From positions 1,240,001-1,304,000 of the forward strand of contig JANHCV010000001.1 in assembly GCA_025594325.1 (NCBI GenBank): a stretch of DNA of 64,000 nt, written 5' to 3'. A model generated the notes under the pieces. That model saw only the letters and a program-made list of their open reading frames with translations, was not told the DNA's origin and made no database searches. The position numbers and the translations under genes were made by a program. The stretch's first letter is position 1. The number at the start of each line of letters is the position of its first letter. The stretch is from Blastocladiella emersonii ATCC 22665. Lineage: Eukaryota; Fungi; Blastocladiomycota. Below, one piece after another: positions 24,291 through 34,612 of the stretch.

Positions 24291-27200
24291 CTACGGCCCC
24301 TTCATGAGATCCTCGAGCCGGCGCGTGAGGTCGCGGTGCTCGCGCTGCGCCTTAGCCGCCGCCATCGCCGTGGCCTTGCTGTCGGACGCGAGCCGGTCGT
24401 TGAGCGTGGCCACGTCGTACATGAAGTCGAGCATGTTGCGGTACTCGTCGAGCGTGTACGTGGCCCCGTGGTCCGCGATATCATCGAGCATGCGCGTCGC
24501 CCCCGCCAGGTACAGCTCGTAGTACCGTCGCGCGTGGTCGAGCCGCACGTCGCGGCACAGGTCCGCGTGCAGGAGGTGCTGGTGCAGCGCGCGGATCGAC
24601 GTGACCATCTTGCGCACCCCCGCGTGGTTGAGCCGCCGCAGGTACCGCACGTTCGCCACCAGGTAGTGCGTCAGCAGCAGACCGACCCCGTCGAACACGA
24701 ACGTCGCGTCCGATGTCGGCAGGATCCGCAAGCACAGCTCCTCGATCACACCGAGGTCTGTGTTGAGCTGCAGAATGTACAGCTCGGGCTCGACCGTTTC
24801 GCCCGCACCCGCGTCCGCCACCGATGACGCGGCCGCCGCGCCCGCACCGTTGCCGACAGGCGCGCCACCCTCGACGAAATAGTTGCCCTCGCGCATCGCC
24901 AGATCCGTGTGGTACATGGCGTGCACGCGCACCTCGAGGTGCAGCGTCACGAGGCAGCTGTCGGCGAGCGCCTGGTACGCCTCGAGCAGGTCCTTGAACC
25001 GCTCCGCGCGCGCCGCCGGGACGTGCAGCATGCGGACCGACCCGAGCTCGTCCTCGTCCGCACCGCCGTCGCCGTTGTTGCCCGCGAGCCGCGCGATGTC
25101 CGACGTCGGCGACTGCACCATCATGCCGCCGCCGCTGACGCGGGACGACGGGGACATGGGGCCCGCGCTGCCGCCCATCATCTCGTTGTGCGAGCCGAGA
25201 TCGGTCGTCGAGCCGTCGGCGGAACCCGAGGTCGCCGTGGTCAGGAACGCGTCCTCGACCTTGGTCTCCATGAGCTTGATGATCTCGTCGCGGAACCATT
25301 TCTACACGTAGACGCGGCGTGAGCACCAAGCGCCCCCGAAAAGCAAGGCGCGAGCGAGCGTACCAGGCTGACGCGGAGGTACGCGAGCAGCTCGAGCTTC
25401 TTCTTGTCAAAGACGATTTCGGACCGCTGGAACGAGCGGTCGTTGCAGAGGCGGGCCTGCATGAGGATCTCCTGGACGTTGTACCGCTCGTTCATCTCGG
25501 CGTTGAGCTGGGCGTCGTTGCCGTGGAAGTGCGTGTTCTGGCACACGACGTGGAGGAGGTCCGGGTTGCGTGCCCAGGTGCCCGACACGGACTCGGCGAC
25601 GCGGCCGTCGGGGGTGACGCCCGACACGCAGTGGCGGTACTTGGCAAAGCACCGCTCGACGTACCGCGCGAGCATGTCCTCGATCATGCGCAGGTACTCG
25701 GCGCTGCGGAACGGCACCTGCCACATGGTCGCGCACAGCGACTGGATCAGCGACATGAGGTGCACCGCGCTCTGCAGCAGCCCGCCGTCGCCCACCACGA
25801 ACCCGTCGGGCCCGTTGATGTACTTGTGCACGTGCGCCTGCACCTTGGCCTCGATGCTCGGGATGTACGACGTCAGGATGAACTCGTCGAGGAACTCCGA
25901 GTACGTCGCGCGCGTCCGCGCCAGCGACGCCAGCTGCGTGAAGAAGTCGCACGTCGGACGGTACACGACGCACACGAACTCGGGGTCCGCGTCGAACAGC
26001 GGCGTGTGCACCACCGACTTGACCGACGCGTACCGGTCCATGACGTGAGTCTCGATCACGGCGGCCGCGCCGCCGCCGGGCGCGCTGCCGGCTGCAGGAG
26101 GACCACCGGGCGTGGGCGGCAGCGGCGGCAGCTGCGTGCGGTAGAACTTGGCGACCGAGCTGAACGACTCGCTCTGGCTGAACTTGAACAGGTTCGCCGG
26201 CGGCTGCGACCCGTCGGGCAGCGTGCCGGGCGCCGGCCGCGACGACGAGGCCGCGGGCGGCTTGAACAGGTCGCTGATCAGGATCTCGCTCGAGCTGCCC
26301 TTGGTGCGCAGGTAGTCGAGGAGCACGGTTTGGAGCTACGAAGGTTGCGATGTGAGTGTGAGAAAACCGTGAACGCGGAGCGAGGCGCTGCAAAACGTAC
26401 CTCGTCGTGGACCGCCTCGCCAATATCCTCGATCGTGTACACGGGCTCCATGTCGGGCGGGTTGCCGCACTTTTCGAACGCCGGGTGCCGGGACATGGCG
26501 TCGACCATGTTGCACGTGAGCTTGTGCCCCTCGACGACGGCCTCGAGCTTGGCGAACAGCGTGGTGCACAGGCCGCGGAGGGCCGCGAACCGGGACTCCT
26601 TGGCGCGCGTGTCGCGGAGCGCGTGGCGGTCAGCGATCGCAAGCGTGAGCAGGTTACCTGCGGGCGCGGTCCCCGCCACAGCCGCCGCCGATGACGCGGA
26701 CGTGCCCCACGTCGGGTTCGGCATGAACTGCGCGGCCTTGTACTCCTCGCGCGCGTCGACGATGCACCGCTCGACGAGCAGGAACAGCTCCTTGGCGACG
26801 CGCTGCTTGATCTCGGCGAGCGCGGGCGCGAGCGCCCCGAGCCGCGTCAGCGCCTCGAGGCACAGCGTGATGAACCCGAGCGAGTCGATTTCCGGGTTCT
26901 CGTCGCCGTTCTCCTGCGCGAACCCGGGGCCCTCTTCGTCCTCGCCCTCGGCCTGGCTGCGCGCGAGGGACCCGCCGTCGACGGCGGGATTCAGCGTGTC
27001 GCGGCCGATCGAGAGCAGCGCGGCGCCCGAGTTGCGCGACCCGGCGGCGTCGGACCCGATGCGGCGGTGGTGCGTCGCGGACCCGGCGCTCGACCGGTCG
27101 CCCGCGCCAGCGCCGAGCCCGCTGATCGAGTTGAGCGGGGACGCGTGCGAGCGGCGGCGCGGACCGGTGCCGCGGCCGGCGCCGCCGAACCCGCTGTTCC

Positions 27201-28370
27201 GGTTCGGGCTGGTCGGGCGACCGCTGCTCCCGTACGCGGCGTCGGCGTGGGTGTGGTTGCCGTGGCGGACAAAGGCGGTCCATCGGTCCTCGGCAAAGGG
27301 CGACTTGAGGTAAATGTGGTTGTTGATGTCGTTGAGGATGGCTTCGAAGATGGACTCGCGCAGCGCCGTGAGCTGCTTGCGGGTCTCGTCGAGGGCGCCG
27401 ACCTTGGCGCACTCCTTGCCCTGGATGAGCTTGGACGCCTGGTTGAGCAGCGACACGGCCGACAGGCAGTACTTGCCGGCGACGAGGCTCTCGATCTTGA
27501 AGGGCGCGCGACGCATCTCGTCGCTACGCGAGCGGGGCAGGGTGAGTGTAGGCGGCGGATGGGTTGGCGGGGGAGGGAGCGTACACCATGTCCATGATAC
27601 GCAGCATCTCCTTGTAGACGAGGTTCTTGTTCCACAGGCCGAGGAGGTCAAACTGCTTGAGCTGCAGGTTCTCGCGGCTCTGGAGAAGCTTTTCCTTCAT
27701 GTCGCGGATCTTGTCTTGCGTGTCTGCAGGCATGGTGTCGTGTTAGCCAAGGGAAAGCGTCAGTGTCGCATGAGGCGTACCGTTGAGGCCGTCGAGCGTG
27801 TCCGAATAGTACTGGACCGAAAAGTTGAAGCTCGAGTGATAATCTACACGTGCGCGAGCGGTGTGAGCGGATCGCACTGCCCGTTGAGACCGCCCGTCGT
27901 ACCGTTGACGACCGTTTCGACGGCGGGCTCGAGCCGCGCGAGGAGGTCCTGGAACGACCGGACCGAGCGGCCGCCTGGTCCCTCGAGCAGCTGCAGCGCG
28001 AGCTGGACCTCTTGGAACTGACAAGCGGGCGGAACGCGTGAGCCCTCGCCTACGCCACGCTCACACACCGCACACGACGTACATCCTCCTGCATCATGAA
28101 CGGCCAGTTGATCCTGACCTCGTTCATTAGGTCCTCGAGGTCGCGGTGGAGCGGGATCATGGACCCGCCGCTCTCGCTGCGTGGGATCCCGCCGCCGCCG
28201 CCGGGCATGGGCGGTGGCGCCCCGCTGCGCATGGAGGGCGAGGGCGGGACGCTGTCGCCATAGTTTTGCCGGTACTGCTCGATGCGGTCCCTCGAGCGCG
28301 ACGACGATTTGGGCGGGAGGCCCGCGGCCGATGACTGCTGGGGCGGTGGCGCGCCGCGGCGGCCGAACAT
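24291..28370 (-). CDS. SEC8: Exocyst complex component Sec8/EXOC4, multi-exon
   Basis: MNEVRINWPFMMQED, KEKLLQSRENL, INNHIYLKSPF, NPEIDSLGFITLCLEALTRLG, CLVTLHLEVRVHAMYH, TYTLDEYRNML. Confidence 0.88.
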
Positions 28371-28581
28371 GGTGACTGGCAAGGTGGGTGCCGATGCGTT
28401 GCCACGAGTGGTCTAGGCGCGCCGGCGCAGATGCATGGAAGAGTGGTTGGCGGGGAAGACAGGGAGTGGGGTCGAGGCGCGCGACGGCAACAACCACGCG
28501 GTGGCGCGTCACGACGCCCGAGCTCGCTCGCCGACCACGAAAGCAGCACAGCCACGCCATGTGTATATTCGCTCTCAGGAC

Positions 28582-29106
28582 TCACTGCGCCATCTCGCTT
28601 GGCTCGTTGACCGAAAGCAGGACGTGGAGGAGCGACCGGAACCCGATCACCTCGTCCTGCAGGCGGCGGATCACGGCCGAGTTGGCGCGCCACGTCTCGC
28701 GGAGCGCCGCGAGTTCCGGGTCGCTGCTCTCGTCGGCAGACGAAGCCGGCGACTGGTCCACGTCCATCTACACGCATCATCGCCGTTCAGTGGCCGCAAA
28801 GATAACACGCAACCACACGCAAACACGCACCTCGTTCTCCCGCTCGTCGAGCGACTTACACAGCATCGTTACCGCCTCGAGCTCGGCCGTGCACTGGGCA
28901 CGCAACCGCTTGAGCGTGGCCTGGCTGAGCGCGACCTCGGCGGGGCTGGCGGGGCCGGACTGCGCTTCGAGCGAGGCCACGACGGCGACGATCTCCTCCA
29001 TGAGCCGCTGGAGCGACCGCACCGACGCGAGGCCCGCCTTAACGGTGGCGTGAACCGTCTGCGGCTGCGTGACCGGGTCGGTTGCAGGGAGTGGTGCGGA
29101 AATCAT
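28582..29106 (-). CDS. Small coiled-coil hypothetical protein (2 exons: 28831-29106, 28582-28767), weak resemblance to Mediator MED30-type subunits
   Basis: Clean GTGCGT...TAG intron joins two helical, codon-biased exons; C-terminus NSAVIRRLQDEVIGFRSLLHVL. Confidence 0.55.
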
Positions 29107-29264
29107 GGCGACGGCAGCGATGGAGAGGGAGAATGAGGGCCGACGCACGTGGTCGATGATCGAAAGCGAGTGGCACCTCCGTTGCTGTTGCGACCGCCTC
29201 CTCTCTCTCTGCGCACCTTCTCGGCCCTGAGACTTCATCGCTCACGGCAACGCAGCTCATCGTC

Positions 29265-30052
29265 ATGACCGTCAGTCTCGCCGCAGTACTGGCCAACGGC
29301 GGCGACCTCGGCTCGGTCGAGACCCTCAACTCTTCCGCATCGGGCTGCGCCGAGTCGCTCGCGGACTCGGTCGAAGCCGCCACGCTGGCCGACCCGGGCC
29401 ACGCCCCAGACGATGAACACGACCACGATGAAGATGCTGTTGCTGCTGCTGTCCACGACTCGAACGAGACGGTCGCTGAGATGGCCGAGCCCACCAACGA
29501 CGACAGCGAGCCAGCACCGCCAGCACCCGTCGCCGCCGAGACCGAGGCCGACGCGGAACCCATCCCGGCGCACCTGCAGGGCCTGTTGCACTGGCAGGCG
29601 CAGCGCAAGCAGTGGCTGAGCCGGCCGTGCGTGCCCGACTACGAGCCGCAGGAGCAGGCGCCCAACGTGAGCCCCGAGCGCTACGCCTACGTGTACCACC
29701 GCATGGTGCGCGAGTGCTGCCCGCTGAGCCGCGGCCAGCGCCTCAACCTCGCCGTCGCCATCAAGCTCATCATTGTTGGGTGGAAGGAGGACGGTACGCT
29801 GCTCCGCTCGCTTCCGTCTGAGAACTCCATTGACGAGTCGTGTTGCCGTCTGTAGGCCTGCTGCCACCATCGTTTGTCACGGCGCCACCATCGCCACCAC
29901 TGGTGCCGACCGTGAACCCGTACGCGGACCGGTCGACCGCCAACGGGGACGCGGCCGCGGCCGCGGCCGGCGGCGCGCACGGCTACACGGGGATCGTCGG
30001 TGCGACGCTCACTACCCTCTGGTCCATGCTGACGCCGACGACGCGCCGCTGA
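29265..30052 (+). CDS. DUF4050/Gag1-like domain protein, 1 intron
   Basis: GLLHWQAQRKQW...YAYVYHRMV...LNLAVAIKLIIVGWKEDG pattern; intron GTACGC...TAG leads to a GLLPPSF...RR* exon. Confidence 0.65.
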
Positions 30053-30239
30053 CGTCCTGCCTGCCCTTCCTCCTCCCTCCTTGCTTCGCAGACCCCTTCA
30101 ACCGGAACCCTGCGCGGAACCGGAACCGGGCAAAGTAGTAACCGCTGCACCTGTACCCCTACCTATTTCGATGATAGATTCCGTTGTCCATTGTGTACAG
30201 CAAGCCGAGTGTATTCCTCACCCCCACCTTTGTGTGGGA

Positions 30240-31231
30240 TCAGCGGAACTTGAGGATCAGGACCATGAGGATCAGCACGACCAGCATGCACACGATGGCG
30301 GCCGTGATGAGCTTGTTGGTCGACAGCCGGCGCGCCATGGTGCGCAGCGTGCGGCCCGCGCGGTCCACGTTGCCGTCGACGTCGCGCAGCTACCCGGAGA
30401 GCGCGTCAGCGAGATTTGGTTGGCGTGGGTGTCGCGGATGGAGCGTACCGTGTTGCGCGCGCGCTCAAGCTGCTGGCGCTGGCGGCGGAGCTCCTCGAGC
30501 GTCTCGATACCCGTTTGCTCTGCACGCGGAGCGCGAGGTCAGTGGTGCTGAGTGAGACGAGGGCCGCAAAGGCGTACCCGTCTCGAGCGCGATGCGGTGG
30601 GTGTTGGTCAAGCGGTCGCCCGTCTGCTGGAGGCGCTCGGTGCCCTGGAGCAGGCGCGAGCGCTGGTCGGCGCCCGCGTCGTCAAAGTTGGCGGGGGCGC
30701 CGGCGGGGCCGAGCAGGGCCTCGCGTGCGGATGGCGAGCTCGTCAGCTTGAGCTACACTCGTTTGCAGGCAGCGTGGGTCAGGTGGGAGGGTCTCGATGG
30801 GACGATGGATGGGTGCGACACGCACAAACTCCTTGCGGTACTTTTCCTGGTCCGACTTGTACTGGCGGAACTTTGGCTGCAGCTTGGCGCGGGTCGGTGG
30901 CGGCAGGGCAAACAGCTCGTTGTCCATGGACGCGACCTATCATGGGCACTACCGTGTGAGACATGGTATCGCGCAGATGCACTGCGGCAGCCGTACAATC
31001 TCATCGGCCTCATCGAGCTCGCGCTCAGCGGCGCGGAGGAGCGTCTTCCATTGTTCTAAAGCAGACGCGATGGCATCGTGAGCTCGAGGGGTCACTTCCC
31101 ACTCACAGCACCGCTCTCATACCGCCGACAAGGGCGCCCGAGCCGAGGTCGCGCAGCTTGGCCGAGAGCGAGGTGGTCAGGGTGACGAGGTCCTGCTCGT
31201 AGTCCTTGAAGAGCTCGGAAGCGTCGGCCAT
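30240..31231 (-). CDS. VTI1: Qb-SNARE Vti1, multi-exon
   Basis: SELFKDYEQDL N-terminus, YKSDQEK, DQRERLLQGTERL...RIALET, SNARE motif LRRQRQQLERAR..DGNVDRAGRTLRTMARR, C-terminal TM anchor. Confidence 0.92.
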
Positions 31232-32215
31232 GGTGGATAGTTTAGATGGTTGGCCAGCGGCGGCAAAGATGCATGGAGTGTCTTCGAGGCACAGCGACGG
31301 CAGCGCTGGGAGCGGTTACATGGACGGAGAGAGCAAGCGCTGCGTCCCGCGGCGACGGCCGGAAATGTTCGACGCGTCCCACCTCGCTTCCCCAACGCCT
31401 CACCGCCACGGCCGCCGCCACGCAGCGATGTCTCCTCGCCTGTCTCCCCCACGTCTCAGCCGCCGAGTCTGCGATCAAGAGGACGGATAGACGGCGATCA
31501 CGGCTCGGGAGCGAGAACCGGCCACGAGCGCAGACGAGCGAGGCATCGATCGGAATTCACGCGGCAGAGGCCCCGGCGCCGCACGCCGACATCACTCGGC
31601 GCGAGAGTTTTCATCATGTCGCCCACGGCCGGGATCAGCAGGCAGGGCAGCTGGCCGCGAACGTGGCCCTGCTGACCGCCCGCCGCCCGTCATCTCCCGC
31701 CCAATTTCCCACCCCGCAGCAACGTGTCCCGCTGCCGACGTCACGGCGGATCGGATCAGCCGGTCGTCGCCGACGACGCGACGCGTTGGGATCAACACGA
31801 TCAGCGAGGAGGGCGGGTGTTGAGGTCGGCGGCCGCGACGGCGACGAGGAGAAGGACGGATGGCGGCGGCGACGAGAAGGAAAAGAGAAGAAGGGGCGAC
31901 GCTGCGTCCGAAGTTTGATTTTCCAGTCGTGTGACCAATTTATCGCGGGTAAGAATAGCCGGCGAGTCACGGAACACGTGCCGCAGGGTCCGCGGATTCG
32001 GGCTGCGGTTGCCAGCTTCCGAGGCCTCGAACGGCTGCCCCTACAAAAGGGAGCGGCTCCCCCCGCTCTCCCTGCCGCCCGTCCTGATTCCGATCCTTCC
32101 TCTCGTGAAGATCCCCTCCTGCTGCTGCTCGTCCTCGCTGCTTCCGGCCTTCGCCTCCTCCCTCGTCCCCCCTCCTGGTCTAATCGCGACGCACCGCCGG
32201 CGTCGCTAGTCCAAG

Positions 32216-32227
32216 ATGGCCTTCTAA
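32216..32227 (+). promoter_or_regulatory. uORF1 (ATG GCC TTC TAA, Met-Ala-Phe-stop) in the bZIP leader
   Basis: Read directly; 255 nt upstream of the main ATG and downstream of a TATA-like CTACAAAAG near 32041. Confidence 0.75.
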
Positions 32228-32291
32228 GCTCCGCGCCCTTCGCTCGCTACCCCCCACTACTCGCTCCCCGCCACCCAGCCCTGGTAGTACC

Positions 32292-32375
32292 ATGGCATTT
32301 GCCCTCCAAAATGACGCCCTCCGTGCCCGCCTCCTTCGCGAACATCCCCCTCCGACCTTGAATCAAAATCAGTGA
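32292..32375 (+). promoter_or_regulatory. uORF2 (27 aa, MAFALQNDALRARLLREHPPPTLNQNQ*) with nested out-of-frame uORF3 at 32311-32361 (16 aa)
   Basis: Read directly; ends 95 nt before the main ATG at 32471. Confidence 0.65.
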
Positions 32376-32470
32376 ACGACTCGCCCCCAGCCCCGCGACC
32401 CGCCCCGCCTCAGCCCCCTCCCTTGTCTGACTCCACTTTTACTCCACCCGCCACCATCCCGCCATCCAGA

Positions 32471-34228
32471 ATGTCGCACCACTTTTTCCTCGGTACGCTG
32501 CTCCCTTGCCGCTCTCCCCGCCTCGCCGTTCAACCGGGGTCCGCCCACCGAATCATGGACCCGACGCTGACCGTGTCCTTGACGCGCCTCGCAGACTCGG
32601 GCTTCCCCGCCGCGGCCCAGCTCGGCGCCGCCTTTGACGAGGGCCTCGACGCCAAGCTCGCGCGCGACGCCTCGCTTTACGCGGACCCGACGCCCTCGGC
32701 CGTCGCGCGGTCCACGGCCACCACCTCCAACACGTTTGGTCCCGGCGGTGCCGGTGCCGCCGACTACGGCCTGCTCGGCGACGCGGCCAACTACGGCTTC
32801 GGCCTGTTCGACGCGTTCGGCGCGCTCCCCGCGGCCGCCGGCGACGCGTCGGGCAGCGCCGACGGCGCGGCCAAGCCCGCCGACGACGACCTCGCGTGGC
32901 TGTTCGGCGACGACTTTGCCGCCTTTGGTCTGCCCGCGCTCGCGCCCGGCAACCTCGCCAATGCGCCCGCCGCGCCCTCGGCTGCGGTGCCCGCGGCGGC
33001 CATGCCAGCCGTGACGCGCCACGCGACGCCCGACGTCGACGAGATGCCGACGCTCGAGCCGCCGTCGCCGCCGCCCGCGCCCGCTATGGCGATCCCGGCG
33101 TCGTGCCCCGAGCCGCCGCACCCCGCGCCCGTGCTGTCGTACCTCGCCGCCCCGCACCAGCAGCAGCAGTTCCAGCAGCAGCAGTACCAGCCGGCGCCCG
33201 TCCCGCAGCAGCAGCCCATGCAGCAGCAGCCCATGCAGCAGCAGCCGGTGCCGCAGCAGCAGATGCACGCGGTGCGCCCGCTCGAGGCATCGGCGATCCC
33301 GCCCGGCGCGCAGGTCTTCTCCATGGTCAACGTGCCCAGCCCCAACGGCACCTCGTTCCAGACGATCCTCGTGCCCGTGCCGCAGGGCGCGCCCATGATG
33401 ATGCCCGCGCCCGCCCCGGTCCCGGTCCCGGTCCCGGTCCCGGTCCAGCAGCAGCCGATGCAGATGCAGCAGCAGCAGATCCAGCCCATGCCGATGCACG
33501 CGCCCGCGCCCGTCGCTGTGCCCATGCCGGCCCAGTCGGTGGCGGCGCCCGTGCAGCAGCAGCAGGCCGCGCGCAGCGTGCCCATGGCCATCTCGGTGCC
33601 CATGTACCCGGCGCCCGCGACGCTGCCCTCGCCCGTGTCGATAGCGGTCCCCGCCGTGCCCGTGCCCGCGGTGGCCAAGTCGGCGGCCGCGTCGCTGTCG
33701 GCGTACCAGCAGCACCGTCTGCAGGAGGCGACCAACGGGTCGGTGCCCTCTCCCTCGCTCAAGTCGCTGCTCCCGTCCTCGCAGGCGACCTCGCCGACGG
33801 CGCCCTCGACCGGCTCGACGACGACGACAATGGCGGCGACCACGGTGACGGCCGACGGGCAGCGCAAGCTGGCGATCCCCGAGGACCAGCTCAAGTACCC
33901 GTCGCACCTGATCCCCATGGACGCGCCGATCCAGAAGAAGCGCAAGCACGCGGCCATGGCTGCTGGTCCCGCCGGGTCGTCGTCGGGCGACGAGGACGGG
34001 GTCCACGGCGACGACGGCGGCAACCCGACCGACTCGAAGCGCGTCAAGAACACACTGTCCGCGCGCCGGTCGCGCGCGCGCCGCGCCGCCAAGATGGACT
34101 TCCTCGAGACGCGCGTCGTCGACCTCGAGGCCGAGAACGACCAGCTCAAGGCCGAGCTCGCCCTCATGCGCCAGCAGATGGCCGCCCTCGCCGCGGCCGC
34201 GCCGAACCAGCAGCAGCAGCAGCAGTGA
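32471..34228 (+). CDS. GCN4/CPC1-like bZIP transcription factor; probable intron 32493-32594
   Basis: C-terminal basic region KRVKNTLSARRSRARR followed by a leucine zipper LETRVVDLEAENDQLKAEL; acidic/aromatic N-terminal activation-like region; Q/P-rich middle. Confidence 0.85.
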   Translation: MSHHFFLGTLLPCRSPRLAVQPGSAHRIMDPTLTVSLTRLADSGFPAAAQLGAAFDEGLDAKLARDASLYADPTPSAVARSTATTSNTFGPGGAGAADYGLLGDAANYGFGLFDAFGALPAAAGDASGSADGAAKPADDDLAWLFGDDFAAFGLPALAPGNLANAPAAPSAAVPAAAMPAVTRHATPDVDEMPTLEPPSPPPAPAMAIPASCPEPPHPAPVLSYLAAPHQQQQFQQQQYQPAPVPQQQPMQQQPMQQQPVPQQQMHAVRPLEASAIPPGAQVFSMVNVPSPNGTSFQTILVPVPQGAPMMMPAPAPVPVPVPVPVQQQPMQMQQQQIQPMPMHAPAPVAVPMPAQSVAAPVQQQQAARSVPMAISVPMYPAPATLPSPVSIAVPAVPVPAVAKSAAASLSAYQQHRLQEATNGSVPSPSLKSLLPSSQATSPTAPSTGSTTTTMAATTVTADGQRKLAIPEDQLKYPSHLIPMDAPIQKKRKHAAMAAGPAGSSSGDEDGVHGDDGGNPTDSKRVKNTLSARRSRARRAAKMDFLETRVVDLEAENDQLKAELALMRQQMAALAAAAPNQQQQQQ

Positions 34229-34612
34229 GCTGCGTGCTCATCGATGTTTTTGTTTCCCTTTCCTCTCGCTCATGTAATTAATCAACCCCTTTGGCTTCCA
34301 TCGACTTGACTTGGACGCGAAAAGGTGCGTGGCAACGGCCGGCGTGACCCGCAGCGGCACGTCAACAGATCGCTCATGCATGCATGTGAGCACGCGTTCG
34401 GGCAACGCAGGGTCACGCGCCCATCCGACCGACCGGCGGCCCTTCCCCTGGCCGCGGCTCCCTCCTCTCACGCTCGTCCGCGTTGCTCACTCTCGCTCTC
34501 TCAACGACGAACGGGTCAGACTGCCGCCGCCCTCACCGGCACTGACCACGACGCCGACGAGCCGGGCACCCTCAACCCGAGACTTGCTTGCACACTGCAC
34601 TCACTCAGCACC

